From positions 32,001-96,000 of the IMG/VR virus record IMGVR_UViG_3300028591_000130: DNA of 64,000 nt; one strand, 5' to 3'. A model generated the notes under the pieces. It was not told the origin of the DNA. It did no database searches and was given only the letters and a program-made list of their open reading frames with translations. The translations under genes were made by a program, and so were the position numbers. This DNA is from a virus (taxonomy: Duplodnaviria; Caudoviricetes). Position 1 is the first letter of the stretch, and each line of letters begins with the position of its first letter. This document shows, piece by piece, positions 40,540 through 50,675 of the stretch.

Positions 40540-41893
40540 CCTAACTGACGCAAAACGTTTGTTAGCTAAGCAGCAACGACGACGAAGCGCACATAATAAC
40601 CTTGTGATATCAGATTTGATATCAAAGAAAAATAACGAGATCAAAGATAAAACACAAAATAGCAGCGTAGCGTTAGCTGACAAGAATTTTGTTCTTAAAA
40701 ACGATAATGTTAAAAACACTATTACTGTACAGTCAGGAACACAAAAAGTGTATAACGCTATCAGAGACGTAAGCAGTCGTTACCCGACTTATAATGACAC
40801 ATTGTCTGACGTAAGACGTAGACGTAACAGTAAGATAATCTCAGACAATACCAATAACTATGACTACGTTACACTTCCTGCTACAGAACAGGACTCTGTA
40901 ATATCAAAGGTATTATCCGATCCTGACAAACCTAACACAGTACCGGATAATAGCAATGAGTCAAAACGGAGCGATATTTTTAACGTTAGAACTCTGTACG
41001 AAAGAAACACTAACGTTAATCCTTACGAGTATAACTACAGTAACAGCATTAACAATAGCAATATAAATTTGGATCGTATTGTGTCATTTTCTGATCAAGG
41101 TGTTATCACAAGCACTGCAGGTAACTACAGTATGCCGCGATATCACCTTATTCCTGCCGATCAACTTGTCCAAAAAGAACAGTACAGTTCGGTTATGACT
41201 CCTTATAGTTTTAACAATATACCTTCTGACTTTGTTGTCGATCTTGACGAAGAAGAATTTGTGCCAAACAGTCGAACTTACAAAGATTATAAATATCGTT
41301 ACTCTTACTGCCTTAATAATCCTATTATGCAGTATAAGGATATCAGCAAAGCTGCCGGATTTGTGTCACAACCCATTAGCGTCAGTTCTTGTTCTTACGT
41401 TGAGCTCAGTGCAGAGCAAACGTTAGGTGTAGAGTATTACGTTATCGACGGTAACGTTGAGGTACCTATCTTGCCGCGCGATACCAATTACGTAAAAGAA
41501 GAAAAACTATTTTTTGGTTTTATGCCGCGTTTTGCAGTAGCCGAACCTAATGATATCATTGTTAAGAAAAACGGTATTCTGACAGGCATTACTACTATGT
41601 CTGACTTGGAAACTTTTTTAATCGCAAACACTGTGAAGGGTTCAGGTGTTTCGTTTGACAATAACTATTCTTATACAATATCTTATAAACCTAACGAGAG
41701 TGCAAAACGCTACTTTCCAAAAAGTGATATCATAAAGGTTAAGGGTATACAAAGAATTATTGTTGATATCATACCTTGCAACATTAACAATATCAAGATT
41801 CTAAAGTTTGGTAATAAACGACAATGGCAGCTGTCTTCCTTTGAAAGTGATATTGACTATAATCCTGCTAACCCGGTAAACAGAAGGGGATGA
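40529..41893 (+). CDS. Putative structural protein
   Basis: ATG 40529 after AAGGAGG; low-complexity N-half, beta-rich C-half. Confidence 0.55.
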   Translation: MTFNLTDAKRLLAKQQRRRSAHNNLVISDLISKKNNEIKDKTQNSSVALADKNFVLKNDNVKNTITVQSGTQKVYNAIRDVSSRYPTYNDTLSDVRRRRNSKIISDNTNNYDYVTLPATEQDSVISKVLSDPDKPNTVPDNSNESKRSDIFNVRTLYERNTNVNPYEYNYSNSINNSNINLDRIVSFSDQGVITSTAGNYSMPRYHLIPADQLVQKEQYSSVMTPYSFNNIPSDFVVDLDEEEFVPNSRTYKDYKYRYSYCLNNPIMQYKDISKAAGFVSQPISVSSCSYVELSAEQTLGVEYYVIDGNVEVPILPRDTNYVKEEKLFFGFMPRFAVAEPNDIIVKKNGILTGITTMSDLETFLIANTVKGSGVSFDNNYSYTISYKPNESAKRYFPKSDIIKVKGIQRIIVDIIPCNINNIKILKFGNKRQWQLSSFESDIDYNPANPVNRRG

Positions 41894-41899
41894 GAGCTT

Positions 41900-43939
41900 T
41901 TGAACTACGTAGGAATTGAAAGCATAAAGAATGCTTATCGTGATCTTTTACAAGAACAGAATAGATATCAAGAAGCTTCCTCATTAGAACTCAAAGAGTT
42001 TACAGATCCTATCTTTGACGGATATCAGGTGCATCCTGAAGACACACCTTCTTTAACAGATATCAATAACGCACTACAACAGATATCAGTTGATCTTGTT
42101 GCTCTGACGTCACAGTACAGCAGTGCGGCACAACGATATAACGATCTTGCAGAAGAGATTGTCAGTAATCTTGCAGCTGTTGACGAAATAATAGAAACAG
42201 AAAAGGAACGTATTCAAGATATCAACATTATCGCAGGCAATATCTCTGCGTTTACAAGCGTTAAGACATTAAAAGCAACAGATCTTTCAGGCACTTGTTC
42301 TACAGAAGACGATTATACTTTTATGTGTGCCGCTACTGACAGAGTCAGTACAAGACTTACAGTGCAAGACGTTTTTGGCAACGGCTACGAAGGTAACGCC
42401 TATGTCTATAACGATAATATTTTCGAAGTTAGCGCCGTTAACACAAGTCAAAGAAGTAATATGATCGACTATTACTCAACAACCTGTTACGAGTACAGCA
42501 GACTGACTTCTGCTGTAAAAAATGATATGTATCCTGTTGACGTTAACTATGACGACAAAGAAGCAGAATGCAGTATAGTATTAACAAGTCCTACAAGCAC
42601 TTTTAACTTTCTTAGGATACAGTCTGATATCACTAACATATCTGTTGAGCAGATATCAACGTCAGAAGATGGCGGATTATCTTTTAAGGATTTGTTGACA
42701 AAGTCTGTAGAAATCCTTAATCCTTCCAAAAAGTATGAAGATGACACTTATATCTACGGAAGCGGTATTTTGAATTTCCCTACTACCAATGCCGTTAAGA
42801 TTAAGCTGAAGTCAAACGGTGTAACAGCAGACAATCTTGCGTTTGCCAGAACAGTGTTGGATAACGTTATTTTCCTTAAGGATATTGTCTTTGATATCAA
42901 CAGTTACGTTTCTGATTATCTGTTCCCGATATTTTTTTCTCAAAGTATCAATAACGTTTATACTGTTACAGAAGCAGACGATACTGCTGAAGCAACAACG
43001 TGCAGTTGTCCCGTTAGCTTGTTGATAGCTGTTTCTCTTCTCAGAACAAGAAACAAGCCTGCTGCCGTAGGTGCCTTTAATTTTTGGGATCTTGACTATA
43101 CTGTCTTTAAAGACATAGAAGATATTACTGTAGAAGAAGATACCAAAAAAGCAGCCTTTTATAACAGAAGAGACAGTTGTAACGCCATTCTAAAAGTCGT
43201 AGGAGCTAATGACGATATCATAGACTTGTTAAAAGAATACGATAGTCTTGCTGAGAAAACGGTAGACAGCTTGGCAACTCTTGGATATCAGATCTTGACA
43301 AAACTGACAGGAACCAGTGATATTACGACCTATGACAAACTCAAGGATATTTTGTTGACATATAGCTTAACCGACTATGACACAGCAACGCCGTCGTCTA
43401 AAACCGAAGAACAATATCAACAGTATGAAAGGTATTTTGTAAGGCTAGATCAGCAACAGGATAATTATGAACAGTCACTCAAAGATGCTACTACGATAAT
43501 GCCGCTAACCGGAGTTAAAAGACACCTTATTAGAGTTAACGAGATAACTGCGTTTAAGGGGTCGTTTACAACAACGTCATATCTTGAAACCGGAGAACTC
43601 TTACCGGGGGCCGTTGACTGTATAGCTATTTTTGCTAACGAGTATATACCGCCTACTTTTCCTGCAGATCGCTCAACCATAGGGAACCAAAAGTATTTGT
43701 CTTACTATCTTACCGTTAACGAGAAAACGTTTGAGATTGTGCCCGTTAACAGCCATAAAGCAGGTATCAAAATAATCAGGTTTTCTAACTACACGGTAGC
43801 AGAAGATTACACGAAACACATATCCGAACCGATAAAAAGTGCCAAACTTAAGGTTAAGTTTTATACACCTGATACGTCATGTACGCCTTATCTTTCTAAA
43901 CTTAAAGTATGTTTGGGAAAGGCGGTTATCCAGCCATGA
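41900..43939 (+). CDS. Putative structural protein
   Basis: 679 aa, TTG start; INNALQQISVDLVAL helix then beta-rich domains. Confidence 0.55.
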   Translation: MNYVGIESIKNAYRDLLQEQNRYQEASSLELKEFTDPIFDGYQVHPEDTPSLTDINNALQQISVDLVALTSQYSSAAQRYNDLAEEIVSNLAAVDEIIETEKERIQDINIIAGNISAFTSVKTLKATDLSGTCSTEDDYTFMCAATDRVSTRLTVQDVFGNGYEGNAYVYNDNIFEVSAVNTSQRSNMIDYYSTTCYEYSRLTSAVKNDMYPVDVNYDDKEAECSIVLTSPTSTFNFLRIQSDITNISVEQISTSEDGGLSFKDLLTKSVEILNPSKKYEDDTYIYGSGILNFPTTNAVKIKLKSNGVTADNLAFARTVLDNVIFLKDIVFDINSYVSDYLFPIFFSQSINNVYTVTEADDTAEATTCSCPVSLLIAVSLLRTRNKPAAVGAFNFWDLDYTVFKDIEDITVEEDTKKAAFYNRRDSCNAILKVVGANDDIIDLLKEYDSLAEKTVDSLATLGYQILTKLTGTSDITTYDKLKDILLTYSLTDYDTATPSSKTEEQYQQYERYFVRLDQQQDNYEQSLKDATTIMPLTGVKRHLIRVNEITAFKGSFTTTSYLETGELLPGAVDCIAIFANEYIPPTFPADRSTIGNQKYLSYYLTVNEKTFEIVPVNSHKAGIKIIRFSNYTVAEDYTKHISEPIKSAKLKVKFYTPDTSCTPYLSKLKVCLGKAVIQP

Positions 43940-45129
43940 CTTATGCCGATCAAAAGAAAAAGATAGATTACTATCGTACAAGGATTATTCAAGATCTGAC
44001 AAAGAAAGGGATCTATCCTGACGATCAAAGGATAGCTGCGATCTTATCTAATATTAATACGTCACTTGGTATTTTGCAGTATGTCAACGTAGGTAAGGGA
44101 GAAGAATTTGACACCAAAAAATTTAACGAAGATATGTTAAGAATATGGCAAGACCTTAAAATCTTGTACACCTTAGCTTACGATATCACAGTTAAAGATT
44201 ACGAAGAACTCAAAGTATGGTCTGAGGTTAAGCTTGAAGAACTCAAGAATATGACAGATAACTATCGTTATAAAACTAAGTTTGAACTTGACAGTACTTA
44301 CCTTGGTACTACTATCTTCTTCCAAAGTGTAGGTTATGACATTAAAAACGAGAACGGTGTAGTCAAGGTTAATCTTGGTACTGTGAGTGCTGAGGCCCAA
44401 GCAAAACTATTTTGTGTCTTTGACTGTGACGCCGTTAATCCGCGTAACGTTATCTTCTCGTTTAAGAACAGTAAAGGTCTTATCAGTAACTGTTCACCTT
44501 ATGTTTATAACCGTGACTTCTTTACCGTAGAAGGCACCTTAAGAAAGAATACTTATAATGTAGTACTTAACGGCGAGAAAGTCAGAACTTCTTTCATTTG
44601 TACACCTGCAAGTTTGGCAGGTAAGGTATCTCACGATAACAAGTATAAACTTTACGGAGGAAAGGGTTTCATAACCAAGGGTTACCTTGCAAAGAAGTAT
44701 GCTGCCGTTACTCTTAACGTACCCATAGAGATAGGCGGTGAAGGAGGTATAGTTACGTTCTTTATCGTTAACGGCAGCTACGCTACATTTTCTTTCTCTG
44801 AAGAACCGCAGCACAAAAACTTCAACGGTACCGATATCAAGAATATGCCTTACTGCCAGAAGATAGTCATAGAACATTATAAAGACATATCCTTTACGTT
44901 TAAAACCGACGGTACAATTTTTGCTACCTGTCACGACGGCAGTATTGTTAACGGCGAACTTTTGTATCCCGCTGCAGATCCCGTTAATGATATTATGATA
45001 GAAGAATACACCGTAGGCAGTAAACAAAGCTATGACGTCACCGTTACTGCAGGTCCTTTTAATGACGGCAGGATTCCTGATATCAAAATTATTGCTATCA
45101 AGCAAGTATCTATGTTGGAGGCGATTTAA
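43936..45129 (+). CDS. Putative structural protein
   Basis: ATGA overlap with previous gene; FNEDMLRIWQDLKILY helix. Confidence 0.55.
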   Translation: MTYADQKKKIDYYRTRIIQDLTKKGIYPDDQRIAAILSNINTSLGILQYVNVGKGEEFDTKKFNEDMLRIWQDLKILYTLAYDITVKDYEELKVWSEVKLEELKNMTDNYRYKTKFELDSTYLGTTIFFQSVGYDIKNENGVVKVNLGTVSAEAQAKLFCVFDCDAVNPRNVIFSFKNSKGLISNCSPYVYNRDFFTVEGTLRKNTYNVVLNGEKVRTSFICTPASLAGKVSHDNKYKLYGGKGFITKGYLAKKYAAVTLNVPIEIGGEGGIVTFFIVNGSYATFSFSEEPQHKNFNGTDIKNMPYCQKIVIEHYKDISFTFKTDGTIFATCHDGSIVNGELLYPAADPVNDIMIEEYTVGSKQSYDVTVTAGPFNDGRIPDIKIIAIKQVSMLEAI

Positions 45130-45350
45130 TGATCCTTTACAACTTCAGATATCGCGGTCCTTATGAGTATGACAAGTATGTTAATAACATACTGCAGTTC
45201 TACAACGAAGTCAGACTTGGAGAAAAGCTGATATCAGATAATATTGTTAATGAACAAGTTAAGGAACTTGATACTGTTATAAAAAATCTGACAGACGAAG
45301 GTTGTATCTTACAGCAACTATTTTTGATATCAGAACAGATAGGAGGTTAA
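45129..45350 (+). CDS. Small putative structural protein
   Basis: TAATG coupling; FRYRGPYEYDKY N-terminal motif. Confidence 0.55.
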   Translation: MILYNFRYRGPYEYDKYVNNILQFYNEVRLGEKLISDNIVNEQVKELDTVIKNLTDEGCILQQLFLISEQIGG

Positions 45351-45353
45351 AAA

Positions 45354-46433
45354 GTGTCTGTACATCAAGTTACGTCAAAGCAACTAATGGAAGTTCTTGG
45401 CAGTGCACAAAGTCGTTTAGAATCCTTAGTTAACAATAACGATACATTAGTTCGTAACCTTAACAAGCGTCTTACCGTCATTAGAAATATCCAAGAATAC
45501 GAACAGCAACAAATGGAACAACTTCTGTTACTTCTTGACAGCAATCAGCAAATTCAACAGTATCAAAAGATTGTCTTTGTAAGATCTAACATTGTACAAG
45601 GTATTTACGACAAGTTTGGATCAACAATATATCCTCAGTTGTTAAAGGAACCAACCCAAGTCTTTAACTTTAAAACTGCAGCAGGTTACGTCTTTAAGGA
45701 TAATGCTACAGTAACCATAACAACTAACGATACCGGTAGAACGTTGCCTGAGTACGCGTCAATACTTGCTGAAGATACGGTAACAGGAAAGGATATCTTC
45801 TTCGAAGAATATGATACCAATACTATACAGATTAGTGTCAGAGTTAATCCTGGCGAACTGTTAGGAAGTACGGCCTTTAACCTGCTGGAGATAGTGCCTT
45901 ATATTCCCGGCAGTTTTGATATCACAAGCCTTGAGATATTTTCGATGCAAGGTTATTACACGGGAGACACCCAACCTGCGTCAAGTTTCCCTAACAGAAT
46001 TAAGAAAGTAGGAATATCAAGGTTCTTGATCGATCAAACTATCAATCTTTATGAGCTAAGAATGACTGTATCTCTTAACTTCAGAAACAACAATGGTAAG
46101 TATCCGTTCGGCATAAAACACCTTTACTTCCTTAACGCGTCATTTAACAGTAATTCTTACGTGACAGTGCAAGTTGATACTAATCGTAACCTTGATATGA
46201 TATCGGAAGATGTAACCGTTGTTGATCAAAGCGGTATTGTTAACAGCACCTGTAAGGAAGAAAGAATAGGACTGTTCTCAAGTTGGAATAACGGTTTAGG
46301 CACCGACGAGATCGCTACAAGTAAGGGTTTAACTTATAATCCTGTTACAAGAAATATCAAAACATTTTTTGTACACTATCCTATCTTACGATCTGTTACG
46401 TCACTTCAGTTTAACGAAGTTGTACTGCGGTAA
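45354..46433 (+). CDS. Putative structural protein
   Basis: GTG after AGGAGG; N-terminal coiled coil, beta-rich remainder; last gene of the structural cluster. Confidence 0.55.
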   Translation: MSVHQVTSKQLMEVLGSAQSRLESLVNNNDTLVRNLNKRLTVIRNIQEYEQQQMEQLLLLLDSNQQIQQYQKIVFVRSNIVQGIYDKFGSTIYPQLLKEPTQVFNFKTAAGYVFKDNATVTITTNDTGRTLPEYASILAEDTVTGKDIFFEEYDTNTIQISVRVNPGELLGSTAFNLLEIVPYIPGSFDITSLEIFSMQGYYTGDTQPASSFPNRIKKVGISRFLIDQTINLYELRMTVSLNFRNNNGKYPFGIKHLYFLNASFNSNSYVTVQVDTNRNLDMISEDVTVVDQSGIVNSTCKEERIGLFSSWNNGLGTDEIATSKGLTYNPVTRNIKTFFVHYPILRSVTSLQFNEVVLR

Positions 46434-46473
46434 TAAGATTAACGAGAAGCCTCCTCTTAATGTTAGTAGCCTC

Positions 46474-46502
46474 TTGACAACTTAATGTCAAGGGGCTACA
46501 AT
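46474..46502 (+). promoter_or_regulatory. Sigma-A/70 promoter of the replication module, overlapped by an inverted repeat
   Basis: TTGACA(46474)-17 nt-TACAAT(46497); AGCCTCTTGACA / TGTCAAGGGGCT inverted repeat at 46468-46497. Confidence 0.75.
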
Positions 46503-46529
46503 CTTATTTGGCAAAAAAGGAGGATAATA

Positions 46530-47249
46530 ATGCTTTCAAAAGATCTTACAGATTATTTTTACAAGAATATTGTTGGACACAGTGTTTCTGACACTAACGA
46601 AGCAATCACAACACTGACTTTACAGTATCTGCTGGAAAACGATCTGACAGAAACTGAGATTAAAAGCTTGCTAATGTCTTATCAGGAAGAAGTTGTAACG
46701 CCTTATAACTTACCTGATATTTTGTGGATAGTTAATCCTAAAATAAAAGAAAACAAGAAGACCGGTGAACTCTATGAGGTTAACGACAACCTTGTTAAAC
46801 GTAACGAGTATTATTATCACCCTTGCCTTATGTTACGAAGCAAACTGCCTGTTATAAAAAATGGTAAAGAAGTTATCGAACCTTACTTTTGTGAACCAAG
46901 GTGTCGTTTCACGGTAGATCACCTGATAGATTATTTCTGTACCAAGATTGGGACTCACGCAATGTATATGGATACGCAGTACTCTGTGAACAGTATCTTT
47001 CAAAACTTCAGGGTGTATCAGAACGCTATAACAACCATAGACCCGTTAGATATCTTGCTTTACTCTATTGACTTTGCTGCAGAACAAGGGAACTACTATT
47101 TTTCGACTTTTATGCAGTTACAGCAATATCTTGGCACGGTAATAAAAGAGATACAAGAAAGGATAGCTTACGTTAGAGCTTTCGGGTATGACAAAATAGT
47201 TTGGAGGTCTGATCAATGCCTTTTGCAGAGTTCGGAACAAAACTTGTAA
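46530..47249 (+). CDS. Hypothetical protein (possibly replication-associated)
   Basis: ATG after AGGAGG; first gene of the primase-helicase operon. Confidence 0.6.
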   Translation: MLSKDLTDYFYKNIVGHSVSDTNEAITTLTLQYLLENDLTETEIKSLLMSYQEEVVTPYNLPDILWIVNPKIKENKKTGELYEVNDNLVKRNEYYYHPCLMLRSKLPVIKNGKEVIEPYFCEPRCRFTVDHLIDYFCTKIGTHAMYMDTQYSVNSIFQNFRVYQNAITTIDPLDILLYSIDFAAEQGNYYFSTFMQLQQYLGTVIKEIQERIAYVRAFGYDKIVWRSDQCLLQSSEQNL

Positions 47250-48262
47250 GATCCGGCAAGGATACTTTTGTAAGAGAAACTTACGACGTTACTGACGAGA
47301 ATGCTGTACTTACAAACAAAACTAACAAGTATAATAACGTTGACGTTTATCGCAGTATCTTTACCTATGAAAACGTTGATCTTGGTAACAGCAGAATTTT
47401 AGGTCCATTGTTCTTTGACTTTGATATGCCGCAAAACGGTGATGCCAAGTTATTACAAACTGAAGTAAGAGCAGCTGTTGCTAATCTGCAAAAGATCTTT
47501 AACATAAGCACTTCTGATATCAGAGTATTTTTTTCAGGACACAAGGGATTTCACGTTATTGTTCCTACAGAAGTCTTTGGTAATCGATTTTATGACTACA
47601 CAATTCTAACGAAAACGTATCACGCCATTGCGCAAATCCTTGTCAGTTGTTGGCACGAATTTAAACCCGGTGCTGTGTCATGTCTTGACTTACGGATTTA
47701 CGATCACAGACGTATGTTCAGACTTCCTAACTCTGTTAACAGTAAGAGTAATCTTTACAAAATTGAAATACCCGTTAGTTTTTTAAAGCGTTATTCTTTC
47801 TCTGATATCAGAGAGTTAGCAATACAGCCTTGTAAAACTTTGTCTGATATCAGCAATTACAACCAAGTTGCAAATACTGTACTGTGCAGGGCAATGCAAA
47901 CTGTTAAAAGTGACAATAAAAAGGCAGAGACAAAGATTACAAGGGAAAAGAAGAAAGAAAGAAAAATGTTGCCCTGTATAGAAAACATTCTTTCTACTTC
48001 TGTCAGCAAAGGCAAAAGAAATAACGTTGCGGTAGCCCTTGCAAGCGCCTTATTTCAACTGCAGATCTCTTCTGACGACGTCATAAACATAATGCAAGAA
48101 TGGAACGACAACAATGATCCGCCCCTTGACGAAGACGAATTGTTTAAGGTTATAATGTCTGCCAAACGTATGGATGATAAAGAAATGTACTACGGCTGTA
48201 CCGGAATTAAAGACATAGGTTTTTGTGATAACAGTTGCAGTATCGGAAAGCACAAGAGGTAA
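47216..48262 (+). CDS. Archaeo-eukaryotic-type primase (AEP) with PriCT-like C-terminus
   Basis: FFDFD, FSGHKGFH and D..IYD..RMFRLPNS motifs; GKRNN..ALA segment; C-terminal cysteines. Confidence 0.85.
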   Translation: MPFAEFGTKLVRSGKDTFVRETYDVTDENAVLTNKTNKYNNVDVYRSIFTYENVDLGNSRILGPLFFDFDMPQNGDAKLLQTEVRAAVANLQKIFNISTSDIRVFFSGHKGFHVIVPTEVFGNRFYDYTILTKTYHAIAQILVSCWHEFKPGAVSCLDLRIYDHRRMFRLPNSVNSKSNLYKIEIPVSFLKRYSFSDIRELAIQPCKTLSDISNYNQVANTVLCRAMQTVKSDNKKAETKITREKKKERKMLPCIENILSTSVSKGKRNNVAVALASALFQLQISSDDVINIMQEWNDNNDPPLDEDELFKVIMSAKRMDDKEMYYGCTGIKDIGFCDNSCSIGKHKR

Positions 48263-48267
48263 GGATT

Positions 48268-49461
48268 ATGACTAAAACTATTGCTGAACGTTTTCGTGAC
48301 GAACTGTTACAACAAGACAACAATAACGATCAACAAGAACAGCAACAATATCAAGACTACTTTGAACAAGCACAAGAAAGTTATAACAACTTTAATAAAC
48401 AGTCTTGGAAAAAAGGACAGGGTTACGTGATGCCTGAAGGACATTTTCCGATCTTTGACAACAAGATAGAAGGTCTTGAAAGCGGTTTGTTCTTATTTGC
48501 AGGAGAACCTAACTGCGGCAAAAGCGCCTTGGCAACGGAGTTAACCTTAAGATATGCCAGCAATCCTGTCAATAAACTCATAGGTCTGTACTTTTCTCTT
48601 GACGATACCAGTGACAAAATTATTCCGCGTCTCTTGGCAAGCCATGCGCAATTACTTGGACAGGAATCACCGGGCATACCTATATCGGTCTTTTCCAAAC
48701 CCGCACGATACCTTGAGAAGTTAAAGACATTAGACCTTGACAGTGACGAAGCTGCTGTGTATTATTCTTATCTGTACGACGATATCACAGCAGGAGGTAC
48801 GCTTATAGCAGATAACCTTAACGAAGATCCCGATACCTTCGAGACTAGCACAAGATATCGCGCTTACTCATGGTTAAAAGAGACGACGTCATATTTTCAC
48901 CTTGTTGACGGTACCACTATCCGTACAGGTGAAGAGTTGATCGACTTCTGTAAAAGGTTTAAAAATTATGTGCAACTTGACACAGGTGATACTGACTACA
49001 ATCTTCTTGTTTGTATTGATTCTTTTTCTGATATCTTTTGGGCAAACAGGAAATTTAGCACAGATAAAGAACTTAATGATTATACGTCGTCTCGTATGAA
49101 AATGCTTGCCGTAGAAGAACTCAAGTGTCCTATCTTTGGCACTATCCATCTCAGAAAGGTTGATCAAAACAAGAGACCTACAATAGCTGATATCAAAGAG
49201 TCAGGAAGATGGGCTTACGAAGCAAGCCTTATATGGTTGCTGTACAATGACGTATCTCGTAGAGGTGAAGCAGCTGCTATCTACTCTGTAGAAGACGACA
49301 GCGACTTCAAACTGCCTGTTATCGAGATATTGTGGGCCAAGAACAAACAGTCGTCTTTTAAGGGAAGAACATTCTGTTACTTTAAAACAGACTTTTCAAG
49401 AGTATGGGAATGTAGTCAGGAAGCAATGGATCGTTTTTCTGCATTAATCTACAATATCTAA
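48268..49461 (+). CDS. DnaB-like replicative helicase (RecA-fold domain)
   Basis: Walker A AGEPNCGKS; YFSLDD; CIDS; HLRK; RPT..DIKESG; AKNK. Confidence 0.85.
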   Translation: MTKTIAERFRDELLQQDNNNDQQEQQQYQDYFEQAQESYNNFNKQSWKKGQGYVMPEGHFPIFDNKIEGLESGLFLFAGEPNCGKSALATELTLRYASNPVNKLIGLYFSLDDTSDKIIPRLLASHAQLLGQESPGIPISVFSKPARYLEKLKTLDLDSDEAAVYYSYLYDDITAGGTLIADNLNEDPDTFETSTRYRAYSWLKETTSYFHLVDGTTIRTGEELIDFCKRFKNYVQLDTGDTDYNLLVCIDSFSDIFWANRKFSTDKELNDYTSSRMKMLAVEELKCPIFGTIHLRKVDQNKRPTIADIKESGRWAYEASLIWLLYNDVSRRGEAAAIYSVEDDSDFKLPVIEILWAKNKQSSFKGRTFCYFKTDFSRVWECSQEAMDRFSALIYNI

Positions 49462-49482
49462 AACAAGAGGAGGTTTAGCAGA

Positions 49483-49938
49483 ATGCTGACACAAGATAAA
49501 GGACTTGAAGGTTTTTCGTTGCCTATTCTCGGCACTGATTATTACGTTAGGTGCGTTAAGGCAACAGACATGCCTGACTGGTACTTCAAAGAGAACAAAG
49601 GTTACTGTGATCATACTGTTAAAACTATAACCGTAGAAGATTTGGCTACAAGAAGCAATGACTATAACGATATTCTTGGTGATCTGGAAGAGATAACGAA
49701 TCAAACTTTAAGACACGAAATTATTCACGCCTTTTTAAGAGAATCAGGATTGGGTGACGAAAGTGATATCAGTGAAGTCTTTATTGACTGGCTGGCACTT
49801 CAGGCACCCAAAATTTTTAAGACTTTCTGTCAAGCTAAAGCTTTATCTTCGGAACAGATACGAGAATGTACTGACGCTTTTAACAGACAAAACGTAAAGG
49901 AAAGTGATATCAATGGCAATACAAGGATTACAAACTAA
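49483..49938 (+). CDS. HExxH metallopeptidase-like phage protein
   Basis: GYCD...TI...TLRHEIIHAFL motif. Confidence 0.65.
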   Translation: MLTQDKGLEGFSLPILGTDYYVRCVKATDMPDWYFKENKGYCDHTVKTITVEDLATRSNDYNDILGDLEEITNQTLRHEIIHAFLRESGLGDESDISEVFIDWLALQAPKIFKTFCQAKALSSEQIRECTDAFNRQNVKESDINGNTRITN

Positions 49939-50188
49939 CAGTCAAGCATTAATATACGGTAACAGATCAAGCTGTTGTTGGTTCTGTGCAGAAGAACGTA
50001 TGCAAGCTAACAGAGAAGCAAAAAAACGTACAGGTATTAACCATGATACTGCAGCAAGAGAACTGGAAGGACAGTTTGCAACAAAACCTATGTTTAAGTT
50101 CCCTATACCCGGAGGACCTTATCTTATCTGTCTTGATCATATGAAGAAGTTCGTACACAAGATGGAAGAACTAAGCACCGTACAATAG
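49913..50188 (+). CDS. Small putative Zn-binding protein
   Basis: CWFC...CLDH; RBS-like AAGGAAAG. Confidence 0.5.
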   Translation: MAIQGLQTNSQALIYGNRSSCCWFCAEERMQANREAKKRTGINHDTAARELEGQFATKPMFKFPIPGGPYLICLDHMKKFVHKMEELSTVQ

Positions 50189-50205
50189 AAAGGGAAATCA
50201 TTACT

Positions 50206-50469
50206 ATGAAGGACATTGTTGAAGAGTACAATACAATTTGGTCATTACCGAAACAAAAATACTTAGATCTGAGAGTGGGTAGTTTCGTTAACATTAAAGT
50301 AGAAAATGCCTATATCCAAGGTACAATAACGTGTAACGGATTCCAACTTGATCAAAAGACTTGGGAAAGTCCTTGGTGATTTAACGAGCAGAGTACACAT
50401 TACCTATCAGCTGAAGTGACATTAACGTTAGACAATGTTCAAGTCAGTAAGAAAGAAGTCTTGCTATGA
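50206..50469 (+). pseudogene. Small ORF interrupted by an in-frame TGA (50377-50379)
   Basis: ATG after AAGGG; the frame continues 29 sense codons past the TGA to a stop overlapping the next ATG (ATGA at 50466). Confidence 0.45.
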
Positions 50470-50675
50470 AAACAAAATACGATACTCTAGGCTATCAACA
50501 TTCTTGTGCTAATTATGATCCGTGCCCCTTGTGCTGGGGGTGTCGTTCTTATGATCCAAGTTATAAAAAGTGTGAAATGTGCGAAGCTGACAAGAAACGT
50601 AATGTTTGTAACAGAAAAAAACATACTCCCCAGTTGTTGGCTAAAATGATTAGGAGGACTGTACTTTATGTCTGA
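50466..50675 (+). CDS. Cys-rich small protein
   Basis: HSCANYDPCPLCWGC...KCEMC...VC. Confidence 0.6.
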   Translation: MKTKYDTLGYQHSCANYDPCPLCWGCRSYDPSYKKCEMCEADKKRNVCNRKKHTPQLLAKMIRRTVLYV

